From Thermodesulfobacteriota bacterium (GTDB lineage: Bacteria > Desulfobacterota > Binatia > Bin18), in contig OZ219926.1 of NCBI GenBank assembly GCA_964291405.2, positions 3,232,001 to 3,296,000 of the forward strand: a stretch of DNA of 64,000 nt. Reading direction: 5' to 3'. The stretch's first letter is position 1; every line of letters begins with the position of its first letter. Below, in pieces: positions 18,399-27,556 of the stretch. Made by a program: the position numbers and the translations under genes. The notes under the pieces were generated by a model. It made no database searches, was not told where the DNA came from, and saw only the letters and a program-made list of their open reading frames with translations.

Positions 18399-19562
18399 AT
18401 GGCAGGCTGTCTCGACGGAATCAAAGTCCTCGACCTCGGACGCTATCAGGCCGGTCCACGCTGTGCGATGGTGCTCAGCGATCTGGGTGCGGAGGTCATT
18501 AAAGTCGAAGCGCCGGGTGGGGACGAGTCACGTGGCTTGGGCCGCGTCTACTGGTCCGCGTACAACCGCGGGAAGAAGAGCATTACGCTGAATCTGCGCA
18601 GCGAGCAGGGCATCGCTCTCCTTAAAGCGCTTGTACCTAAAGTGGATATGCTGCTCCAGAATTTCCGGCCGGGTGTCATGGCTAAGATGGGCCTGGGGTA
18701 TGAGACGCTCAAACGGCTCAACCCTGGGCTTATCCTCATCAACGTCTCCGGCTTTGGACAGAAAGGGCCGTACCGGGACCGACCCGCCTACGATCCGATT
18801 GGCCAGGCCATGTCCGGCCTCATGGGCTTTACCGGATTTCCCGACGGTCCGCCGGTCATGACCAACTCTCCCATCATTGATCGGATCACGGCGCTACACG
18901 CTACTATTGGGGCGTTGGGTGCCCTCCACCGCCGGGATGTCACCGGAGAGGGCCAGTCCCTTGACGTGTGCCTGCTCGACACCGGCTATACGCTGATGGA
19001 GATTCCGATTGCCCAATATCTCCTCACCGGCAAGGAACCTCAGCGGCGGGGTAACACCCCTGGCGGCATTGCCCCGTGCAACACCTACCAAGCCAAGGAC
19101 GGCTGGGTCTATATCCTGGCCGTACCCCAGCATATGTGGGGGCGGTTCTGTCGCGGAATCGGCCGAGCGGATCTTGTGGACGACGAACGCTTCTCCAGTA
19201 TCGCAGGGCGGGCGTCGCATGCGGACGAGGTCAATGCGCTAGTCGATGAGTGGCTGAAAGACAAGACGGTGGCAGAGGTCGTGCAAGTCCTGGAGCAGGC
19301 CGAGGTTCCGGTCGGGCCGGTGCATACCATCCCGCAAGCGGCCCACGATCCCCACCTGTGGGAGCGGAAAATGCTGGTTGAAATTGAGGATCACGAAAAA
19401 GGGCGGACGTATGTGCCTGGGCTGACCGTCAAATTCTCGGACACTCCCGGAAAAATCGGACCGATTCCACAACCCGGAGAGCATAATAGCGAGGTGTATG
19501 GCGAGTGGTTAGGACATACGGAAGCGGCCCTGACACGTTGGAGAGAAGAGGGGATTATTTAA
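18399..19562 (+). CDS. CaiB/BaiF family III CoA transferase
   Basis: LDGIKVLDL..QAGP, DLGAEVIKVE, NRGKKSITLNL, NFRPG, GFGQKGPY. Confidence 0.92.
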   Translation: MAGCLDGIKVLDLGRYQAGPRCAMVLSDLGAEVIKVEAPGGDESRGLGRVYWSAYNRGKKSITLNLRSEQGIALLKALVPKVDMLLQNFRPGVMAKMGLGYETLKRLNPGLILINVSGFGQKGPYRDRPAYDPIGQAMSGLMGFTGFPDGPPVMTNSPIIDRITALHATIGALGALHRRDVTGEGQSLDVCLLDTGYTLMEIPIAQYLLTGKEPQRRGNTPGGIAPCNTYQAKDGWVYILAVPQHMWGRFCRGIGRADLVDDERFSSIAGRASHADEVNALVDEWLKDKTVAEVVQVLEQAEVPVGPVHTIPQAAHDPHLWERKMLVEIEDHEKGRTYVPGLTVKFSDTPGKIGPIPQPGEHNSEVYGEWLGHTEAALTRWREEGII

Positions 19563-19586
19563 ACCGATAGCCACGAAGGAGGTACC

Positions 19587-20057
19587 ATGGCAAACGGACA
19601 AGAAAGTATGAACACGAGCGTTGCCCGGTTTGAAGAACTGCAACCGATCGACTACGCGAGCTTTATCAAGAACTACAAACCTGACGGCACCCAGGGGTAT
19701 GCGCTGATTGGTCGGGCGGGAAAGACTAGTCCGGCGATCAAGGGCGACCACGGCTTTACCATGGCCATCAATAAGGTCAGTCCGGGAAAGGGTGCCCCGT
19801 TGCATAGCCATCCGAAACCCGAGGTGTTTGTGGTGCTGTCCGGCACCTGCGCCTTTTTCTGGGGAGATAAAGGCGAAAATGAGGTCGTCCTCGGACCGTG
19901 GGATACAATCTCCTTTCCGGCAGGAACCTCAGAAGGCTTTCGGAATATCGGGGACGAGGAAGCCAATCTGCTGGTGGTCCTGAGCGGCTCGGAAGTTGGC
20001 AAGGTGACGTTTACGAAACAGAGAGAGGCGGCTGAGGCGGCCGGCGTCGAGGCGTAG
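19587..20057 (+). CDS. Cupin domain protein
   Basis: PLHSHPKPEVFVVLSG motif. Confidence 0.85.
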   Translation: MANGQESMNTSVARFEELQPIDYASFIKNYKPDGTQGYALIGRAGKTSPAIKGDHGFTMAINKVSPGKGAPLHSHPKPEVFVVLSGTCAFFWGDKGENEVVLGPWDTISFPAGTSEGFRNIGDEEANLLVVLSGSEVGKVTFTKQREAAEAAGVEA

Positions 20058-20091
20058 CGTATCGATATCTGGAGAAAAAGGAGGATCTCCC

Positions 20092-21003
20092 ATGGCAACA
20101 TTTTCAGTTGATCAGGTCGATGTTTTTGGCAAGGGTGTATTACAGGCTGAGGGAGTGGTGGTGGACAAGGAGGGCAACGTCTTTGGCGGTGGCCGCAACG
20201 GCATTATGTATAAGGTCACACCCGATGGCACAGTGAGTGAACTCGTCACACTGCCCGAGGGTTCTATCCCCAATGGGGTGACTATGGACCGCAATGGCGA
20301 TCTGGTCTACTGCGATCTGGGCAAGCAGGCCATGATGCGCGTTACCCAGGGCGGAGAAGTGTCGCTGATTGCCGATCAGGTTGGCGCACTCAAGCTGACC
20401 CTCCCGAATTTTGCCAGCTATGACGCCGAGGGCAATCTCTACGTCTCGAATTCGAGTACGTCGAGTATTGAGAATGTCCTGGCCGAATTGGCCACTCCCT
20501 CACCCAAAGGGGCGCTGGTCGTTATCCGTCCGAACGGGAAGAGTGAGATCGTGGCCGAGGGCATTTATCTGGCCAACGGCACCGCTATCGACCCGAAAGA
20601 AGACGCGGTCTACGTGCTGGAAAGCACCCGCAATGACTGTCTGCGCATTCAGATCAAGAAAGATGGCACGTTTGGGAAGCCTGAGATCTACTCTAAGGAT
20701 TTTCCGGCTCTGCCGGATGGCATGGCTTTTGACGTGGACGGGAATATGTATGTCACGCTGCCGGCGGTGGTGACGGGTGGGGATATGGTTCCGGCCCATC
20801 AGGTCATCGCCGTTGATACCAACGGCAACTGGAGCATGCTGATCGACGATTCGGCCGAGGGCAAGAAGCTCAACTTCCCGACGAACTGTGCCTTCGGCGG
20901 GCCGGGCTTGCAGACGCTGTATATCGCCAATCTCGAAGGCGATCACTTCAGTTGCGTCAAGACGCCCTACACCGGCCATCCGCTCTACCATCAGCGCTCA
21001 TAG
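20092..21003 (+). CDS. SMP-30/gluconolactonase/LRE family protein
   Basis: EGVVVD, LANG, LPDGMAFD, PTNCAFGG; paralogue of 8877-9764. Confidence 0.9.
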   Translation: MATFSVDQVDVFGKGVLQAEGVVVDKEGNVFGGGRNGIMYKVTPDGTVSELVTLPEGSIPNGVTMDRNGDLVYCDLGKQAMMRVTQGGEVSLIADQVGALKLTLPNFASYDAEGNLYVSNSSTSSIENVLAELATPSPKGALVVIRPNGKSEIVAEGIYLANGTAIDPKEDAVYVLESTRNDCLRIQIKKDGTFGKPEIYSKDFPALPDGMAFDVDGNMYVTLPAVVTGGDMVPAHQVIAVDTNGNWSMLIDDSAEGKKLNFPTNCAFGGPGLQTLYIANLEGDHFSCVKTPYTGHPLYHQRS

Positions 21004-21016
21004 GGGCAGGTGGGCT

Positions 21017-21982
21017 ATGAAGGCAATGCGAGCGCACCAACCTGGAGGACCGGAGCAACTCCGCTATGAGGATGCCCCCGACCCCGAGTTGGGGGAGGCT
21101 CAGGTCCTCGTTCGGGTCCGGGCGATTGGGATCAACCCTGCCGATCTGGTCCGGCTGTCCGGCAAGCTTGCCCCCCTGAAACTTCCCTATATCACTGGTA
21201 CGGACGTGTCTGGTGAGGTCGAAGCCGTGAGTCCCGGCGTTACACAGGTTAAGGTCGGCGACCGCGTATTTGGCCGTGCGATGAGTGCCGGCTATGCAGA
21301 AAAGACGTGTCTGCTCGCCCAAGAGGCAATACCCCTACCGTCCTCGCTTTCTTTTGCTGAGGGGGCCGCGATCCCGATACCGTTTTATACTGCCTATTAT
21401 GCCTTGCATCATAAAGCAGGAGTGCAGGCGGGAGAAACGGTCCTGATCTCTGCTGGTGGCGGTGGCGTTGGCGTCGCGGCCATTCAGCTGGCCAAAGCCG
21501 CGGGAGCTCGGGTGATTACGACAGTTGGGTCACAGGAAAAAGTAGACCGGACACGCGAACTGGGTGCTGAGGTAGCGCTGAATTATAAACAGCAAGATTT
21601 TGCGGTCGAGGTTCTCAAGCTGACCGAGGGCAAGGGAGTGGATGTCATCATTGAGAATGTCGCCACAGATAACTTGGCGGCCGACTGCTCAGCCGTTGCC
21701 AAGTCCGGCCGCATTGTCTTAATCGGTACGGGCACCGGTAAGGCTCCGGACGCTACGTTCGGCGTGCTGCCTGCCCTCATCAAAGATATCACCTTCTATG
21801 GCATGAGCCTCATTAATGCTGCCCAGGTTATCCCGGAGATGGCGGCCGCACTCACCCCACTGTTTGCCGATGGCACACTCAAAGCATTGGTGAGTAAGAC
21901 GTATCCGTTGGCTGAGGCTGCTCAAGCCCTGAATGACCTGCTTGCGAGTAAAGTGTTCGGCAAGCTGGTTCTGACGCCATGA
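21017..21982 (+). CDS. NADPH:quinone oxidoreductase (zeta-crystallin/MDR family)
   Basis: GINPAD, GETVLISAGGGGVG, GKGVDVI, GKLVL. Confidence 0.9.
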   Translation: MKAMRAHQPGGPEQLRYEDAPDPELGEAQVLVRVRAIGINPADLVRLSGKLAPLKLPYITGTDVSGEVEAVSPGVTQVKVGDRVFGRAMSAGYAEKTCLLAQEAIPLPSSLSFAEGAAIPIPFYTAYYALHHKAGVQAGETVLISAGGGGVGVAAIQLAKAAGARVITTVGSQEKVDRTRELGAEVALNYKQQDFAVEVLKLTEGKGVDVIIENVATDNLAADCSAVAKSGRIVLIGTGTGKAPDATFGVLPALIKDITFYGMSLINAAQVIPEMAAALTPLFADGTLKALVSKTYPLAEAAQALNDLLASKVFGKLVLTP

Positions 21983-22015
21983 AAGAGTCCGTTCAACAAA
22001 AAAGAAAGGAAGACT

Positions 22016-22426
22016 ATGGCACTCACCTTAGCGCTGGCAGAACAATTTATCGCCGCCGCCAAACACAAGGCCCAAGAACAAGGCTGGGACATGAGCTTCG
22101 CGGTCGCAGACTCGTCCGGGAATCTGGTTGCGCTGGCCCGCATGGATGATGCTCGCTGGCTGACGACCGGGGTGGCCCAGAGCAAGGCGTTTACCGCGGC
22201 GACGTTCCGTCGGACCTCACGCGAGGTGGCCGAACTGGCGGAATCCCGCTCGCAATTATTCGCGAGTGTGTCTGAGATTGTTGGACGGCCGTTATTATTG
22301 GCCGGAGGCGGCCTGCCGTTCACGCTGAACGGTGAATTTCTCGGTGGCGTCGGAGCCAGCGGCGGGACGGAAGATGAAGACATCGAATGCGCCCGCGCCG
22401 CGCTCGACGCCATTGGAGCCGAATAG
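22016..22426 (+). CDS. GlcG/HbpS family heme-binding protein
   Basis: AVADSSG, RMDDA, AQSKAFTA, GGLP, GGVGASGG. Confidence 0.9.
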   Translation: MALTLALAEQFIAAAKHKAQEQGWDMSFAVADSSGNLVALARMDDARWLTTGVAQSKAFTAATFRRTSREVAELAESRSQLFASVSEIVGRPLLLAGGGLPFTLNGEFLGGVGASGGTEDEDIECARAALDAIGAE

Positions 22427-22446
22427 ACAGACCGACGGCAACCCGC

Positions 22447-23514
22447 ATGGTCCAGCCTCTCAACGTCCTGCTCATTGGTGCGGTGGGGGACGCCGTCATC
22501 GAAAAGATTGAGGCGGTTGATCCCCGTATTCGGGTTACCGATGCGCGCGGAAAGTTCGAGGTCGAGTACGCTGAAACCTGGCCGGCGGAATCCGTTCGTC
22601 GCTATGTACCGCAATCGCTCGTCGTGGCAAATACCTCAACCCGCGCCGAGCGAGATGCCCTGTTGGCAGAAGCCGAGGCCATCTGTATTCGCTTCCCTTT
22701 CCCGCTCGATCTACGCGCTCGGGCGCCCCGCCTCAAGTGGCTCCACCAAACGCCGGCGGGTGCCTCGAATCTGCGCATGTGCGACATCTGGGGCAGCGAT
22801 GTCGTGGTGACCACATCACGCGGCCTGAATAACGCTTTGCCTATTGCGGAATATGTGCTGTCTCTAATCTTTCTCTTTGCGAAGTCCTTGCGTCAGGCTT
22901 TGCACGATCAGCACGATCAGGAATTCGAACGTCGAGCCTATCGGCCCATATTGGTTCAGGGAAAAACCGTTGGCATTATCGGCTTGGGTGGCATTGGGCA
23001 GGCTGTTGCCCAGCTCGCCAAAGCCGTGGGCATGCGGGTCGTGGCAACCCGGCGCTCAGCAGCGACTCCGCAGAGTCAGACCCAAGGTGTCGACCAACTC
23101 CTCCCGCCATCAGCACTCGCGGTTTTGCTTGAGCAGAGTGATTTTGTTGTGGTGAGTAGCCAATGGACACCAGAAACGGACGGACTCATTGGTGAAGCCG
23201 AACTGCGCCGGATGAAACCGAGTGCGTATCTTATCAACGTGGCCCGAGGTGAAATCATTGATCAAGCCGCACTCATCAAGGCGTTGCAGACGGGTTGGAT
23301 CGCCGGGGCTGGTCTGGACGTCTACACCGGAGAATTCACCGGACCGCCACCGGAGGATCTCTGGCAACTACCGAATGTGGTCATTACCCCGCACACGTCA
23401 GGTGGAACGGATGTCCAGCAGGCCAAGGGCCTGGAGTTGTTTTGTGAGAACCTGCGGCGCTACGTCGCCGGCCAAGCCCTCCTGAATGTCTTGGACTGGG
23501 AGCGGGGCTACTAA
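22447..23514 (+). CDS. D-2-hydroxyacid dehydrogenase family
   Basis: GIIGLGGIG, INVARG, GAGLDV, ITPHTSG. Confidence 0.9.
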   Translation: MVQPLNVLLIGAVGDAVIEKIEAVDPRIRVTDARGKFEVEYAETWPAESVRRYVPQSLVVANTSTRAERDALLAEAEAICIRFPFPLDLRARAPRLKWLHQTPAGASNLRMCDIWGSDVVVTTSRGLNNALPIAEYVLSLIFLFAKSLRQALHDQHDQEFERRAYRPILVQGKTVGIIGLGGIGQAVAQLAKAVGMRVVATRRSAATPQSQTQGVDQLLPPSALAVLLEQSDFVVVSSQWTPETDGLIGEAELRRMKPSAYLINVARGEIIDQAALIKALQTGWIAGAGLDVYTGEFTGPPPEDLWQLPNVVITPHTSGGTDVQQAKGLELFCENLRRYVAGQALLNVLDWERGY

Positions 23515-23549
23515 TTAGTCAGCGCCCATCCTCGCATGAGTCCTATACT

Positions 23550-24095
23550 CTAACGCTTCACTGCAATGGCGGTCTCGCCGAATGAATGCGCCAGCCAGGC
23601 GTCTGGGTCGGCGAGAAGATCGTCCGCGTTGTGAGGGCCGAGCGTCAGATTCGCACACACCAGAACACCGCCGGTCCGTAGCCGTTGATAGAGACCCGTG
23701 ACCAGCTGTGGGGTAGGTGCGAAGCCGTCGAAGAAGGCGAGATCGTAAACGTTTGGGTCAAGGCCGTCGAGGACTGTCAGGGCATCCCCGTGATGGACGT
23801 GGACGCGGTTGCTCATCTGATAGTCAATGCAGTGTTGACGGGCGATACGAACGTGCTCAGGATCGCTCTCGATAGTATCGACTTGCGCATTTGGCGTACT
23901 GTGGGCAAGCCAGAGGGAACTGTAACCAAGGGCGGTCCCCACCTCGATAATCCGAGTAGCCTTGACTGCTGCCGCAAGGACTCCAAGCAATGAGCCCTTA
24001 TCATACGGGTAGGCCCCGCAGCCATGCTGGGCACGGTGTGCGTTCGTGGTGCTCAAGATATCCGCAAACGGATCAGTCGTAGGGGAAGGTGACAT
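23550..24095 (-). CDS. SAM-dependent O-methyltransferase
   Basis: IIEVGTALGYS, YDLAFFD. Confidence 0.85.
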   Translation of the reverse strand: MSPSPTTDPFADILSTTNAHRAQHGCGAYPYDKGSLLGVLAAAVKATRIIEVGTALGYSSLWLAHSTPNAQVDTIESDPEHVRIARQHCIDYQMSNRVHVHHGDALTVLDGLDPNVYDLAFFDGFAPTPQLVTGLYQRLRTGGVLVCANLTLGPHNADDLLADPDAWLAHSFGETAIAVKR

Positions 24096-24171
24096 GTGAG
24101 AAATCCTCCGGCTCTTTCTTACTGTTTGTCATTGTACACTATATGCCAGTGGGAGAGATCGTTGACCATAT

Positions 24172-24331
24172 CGCTAGAGCAGTTTCCTCCGTGGTGTAGC
24201 GAGGTGTTCTCCAGAGTTCCGTAGGGTGCATCCCATGCACCACCTTTCCCCGGTGCGCAGGGCGCACCCGACTTATCAGGAAACGCGCGGAGGCCGTTGG
24301 ACGCTACACTCATGTGAATTTTGCTCTAGCG
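24172..24331. mobile_element. Nested palindromic MITE-like element containing a REP doublet
   Basis: Outer IR CGCTAGAGCA/TGCTCTAGCG, inner IR GTGTAGCG/CGCTACAC, core GTAGGGTGCATCCCATGCACC...GGTGCGCAGGGCGCACCCGAC (24221-24272). Confidence 0.65.
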
Positions 24332-24451
24332 GACGTCAGTTTCGTATCGCTTGGTTTACGCATCCCCCTAGCGACCGATGCACAGGCATAGTACAGTGCG
24401 TGCACGTGACCTCTGAGCTGCCCCCAGCCTCGGAGGACTGAAATCTCCAAA

Positions 24452-25468
24452 ATGTACACAGGTCCTCTCTTCTCTTTTCAACGTTTCTGTTCATGGCTGC
24501 TCCTTGGTGCGCTCTTCGTTGGGGGTCTGGTTGGGTGTAGCTCCGGAACAACGCTGACTGACGTATGGCTGACGGAACTCTCGCGTCGTGTCTCGCGCCC
24601 GCCAAAAGTCCACCCCGTTGGCGTTGGATATATTCCTCGATTGACACGGCGGCAGCCCCCGCTGCTTCCACCGCTGTATGTGCTTGTCCTACGGCCGCTT
24701 GATCGTCGTCCGTCTCTGCGTATCCACGAGACCCGGCAGAAAATCATTTCACTGCCCGATGACCCCAGCGCTCTCATTGGCTTCTCCGGCCTGAATTTTG
24801 AGGAAGGACAGGTGACCATCGCCCCAGCCGGAATCGCCTCCGATATCAGCACATTGCGCCACATGGACGCGGGGATGCCGCATCTGCCGGATATCCCCAA
24901 GACGTTCTTTACCCTCGCCCGGCTCCCCGAGACCGTGCAATACGCCCTGACCCTGCACTTTCGCGAGGCGGGTATTGAAACGGAAATGCTGCCGTTTCCG
25001 TTTCCGGAGCCGCTGTCAGCAGATAATCAGCGGGCGACCTATGCCCTGGGCTGTACGATAGACGAGTTTTCGCTGTTCAGCCTGCGCCGCTATCAACAGG
25101 TGCGGGTCGGCATGCGTCGGCTAGAGTTGCCGGTACGCGGACCCACACGTGCGGGGGTATCGCTCAAACTCTCACTATATCAACTGCCGTCCGGGCGGGT
25201 TGTGTGGCAAGAGCGGGTCTGGGACGTTATCCACGATCCGCCGCGAGAGGATACGCAGCACCGCTATCGCACGGCTGACGATACTCTCACCCTGGCGCTC
25301 AGCCGCGCGGTTGGGGGTATTCTGTCGATCCCGAACTTTCAGGCCGCCCTTCGTTTTCCTCGTCATGACGAGGCTCTCGCGCAGAAACAGCGCAGATTAC
25401 GGTTCAGCCGCCCGCAGCCGGGCGATCTGCTGACGCACCTCGGCGACAAAAGGCGCTCGGGGATCTAG
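24452..25468 (+). CDS. Hypothetical lipoprotein
   Basis: Hydrophobic N-terminus ending in lipobox LVGC; 338-aa ORF; 3' end overlaps the convergent TPR gene. Confidence 0.65.
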   Translation: MYTGPLFSFQRFCSWLLLGALFVGGLVGCSSGTTLTDVWLTELSRRVSRPPKVHPVGVGYIPRLTRRQPPLLPPLYVLVLRPLDRRPSLRIHETRQKIISLPDDPSALIGFSGLNFEEGQVTIAPAGIASDISTLRHMDAGMPHLPDIPKTFFTLARLPETVQYALTLHFREAGIETEMLPFPFPEPLSADNQRATYALGCTIDEFSLFSLRRYQQVRVGMRRLELPVRGPTRAGVSLKLSLYQLPSGRVVWQERVWDVIHDPPREDTQHRYRTADDTLTLALSRAVGGILSIPNFQAALRFPRHDEALAQKQRRLRFSRPQPGDLLTHLGDKRRSGI

Positions 25469-27540
25469 TTGAAGAGCCTGCTCATAGACCGCCACCGCTT
25501 CGTTCTTCTGGCCGGATTGCCCCAGGGCTCGTCCGAGGCTCACATAGGCATAGGCGTAATCGGGCTGAAGATGGATCGTTTGTCGCCAGGCCTGCACGGC
25601 TCCCGCGAGATCGCCCTGTGCCGCGAGTACGTGACCAATGCGATGGTGCACATGGGCTGAGGTCGGGACCAACTGCACGGCTTTGCGATAGGCTGCCAGC
25701 GCGTCTTGGGTATTCCCTGCGGCCTCACATGCCCGGGCAAGGTGGATATGGATGGTCGCCTCATCCGGATTAAGATGCGTGGCCTCGCGCAAGGCTGTAA
25801 TTGCCTGCGGCAGTTCTCCACGTTCCTGGAGTGCGACCCCTATCCGATAATGCGCCTCGGCATGGCTGGGGGCCTGGTCTATGGCTTTACGCCACTGGCG
25901 AATCGCCCCATCTATATTCCCCTGATTATAGAGGGTATAGCCCTGCCTGAGATGCTGAGCGGCTGTGGCCGGCACGGGCGGCGGTTGCGAAGTATCTGGA
26001 GATGGGATGCCAGGGGCAGGCGCTGGCAACTTAGAGGCCGCTGGAGGAGGGTCCTTGAGCGGAATAGCCGCCCTCAGCCCCTGAGGGGCCGATGGTAAGG
26101 GAGTGGACTGCGCTGGACCTTCTCTGTCAGGCGTCTCGCGTGATGTGGGAGCAGGAGGCGCTACCTGCCGGAGTGGGAGCGGAGGAGCCTTTTTTACCAC
26201 TTTCTTCGCTAAGACCGTCGGAACAGAAGACACGGGCGGCGGTTGCGGGGTGTCCTGAGGTGAGATAGTGGGTGCCGGCGCTAGCGACTCAGGGACTGAT
26301 GGGGGAGTAGCTTTGAGAGGGGTAGCCTCTCTCCGTTCCTTGGTGGTCGATGGTAAGGGGGTGGCCTGTGCCGGAGCTTCTCTGGCAGGCGTCTCAGGTG
26401 GTGTAGGGGCAGACGGCGTTGCTTGACGAAGTGGGAGTGGGGATGGGGGGGGGAGTGTTTTTTTGTTACGAGGACCGTTGGGGCCGGTACGATGGGTGGC
26501 GGCTGCGGGGTGTCCGGAGATGGGCTGGCGGGAACAGGCATCGGCAGCGGGGGAACGGAGGTCAGCGGGGCCTTGAGAGGGGTGGCCTCTCTCCGCTCCT
26601 TGGTAGCCGCTGGTAAGGGGGTGACCTGTACCGGAACTGTTCTGGCAGGCGTCACACGTGATGTGGAGGCAGGCAGCGTTGCTTGAGGGAGTGGGGGGCG
26701 GGACGGGGGCCTTTTTGTTCCTTTTTTTGCGAGGACCGTTGGGGCCGGCACAATGGGCGGCGGTTGAGGAGCGTCTGGAGATAAGCTGACGGGAGCAGGC
26801 GGCGGCAGGGGGGCGGAGGTCGGCGGGGCCTTGAGCGGGATGGCCTCTCTCCGTTCCTTGGCAGCCGATGGTAAGGGGACGGCCTGCGCTGGAACTTCTT
26901 TGTCAGGCGTCACACGTGATGTGGAGGCAGGCGGCGTTGCTCGGCGGAGTAGAGGTGAGGAGGCCCTTTTTGTCACTTTTTTCACCAAGACTGTTGGAGC
27001 GGGAGACGCGGGTGCTTGGGCTGGTCCAGGAGGAACGGACTGAGAACTCGCCTCTGGGACACGTGCAAAGAGCACCTGGGTGTTGCCCTGTTCAGCGTTG
27101 GCGTTGGAATTGTCCGCTTCCTCTCGCTCGTCCAGGATGGCGGTCACCACATGGGCCTGTTGTTCGACTGAAAAAGACGGGAGCTGCTCCGCTTTGAGGT
27201 CAAGCACGAAACGGGTGTGGTGGGGATGGGAGCCAACCCGGACCCGCGTAATCAGCGCATCGGAGGCGGGATGCGTGGCCGAGGCCGAGCGCTCGACTTC
27301 TCCTATGACATCAATGACCAAGCGGGCCGGCGAGTGTAAGGAAAAGGCGTAGACAGAATCCGGTGGCTGGGAGAAGTGGAGGCTGAGGGTCCGTTGGTTT
27401 TTCTCCCGAGCGAGTTGTATCTCCTGCACATACAATCCCGAGGGCCGGGCAAAAGATTGGGAGATACTCTGCCCAGGGGCTATCAGATCCATTCCGGTCC
27501 ACATAGCAATAAGTAAGAAGGAAACGGCACTCTTCTTCAT
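25397..27540 (-). pseudogene. AMIN domain + Pro-rich repeats + TPR protein, split by a frameshift near 26445-26464
   Basis: ORF 26281-27540 (signal peptide, AMIN: PARLVIDV...RVRVGSHP..TRFVLDL) and ORF 25397-26233 (TPR); the TPR frame is open back to the A7/C9 tracts and continues the repeat sequence. Confidence 0.8.
25975..27010 (-). repeat. Four degenerate ~260-bp Pro-rich coding repeats
   Basis: PTVLxKK...TPLP...ERREATPLKA...PQPPP units; anchors at 26213, 26473, 26734, 26989. Confidence 0.85.
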
Positions 27541-27556
27541 CGCTCAAGGCTCTCAG

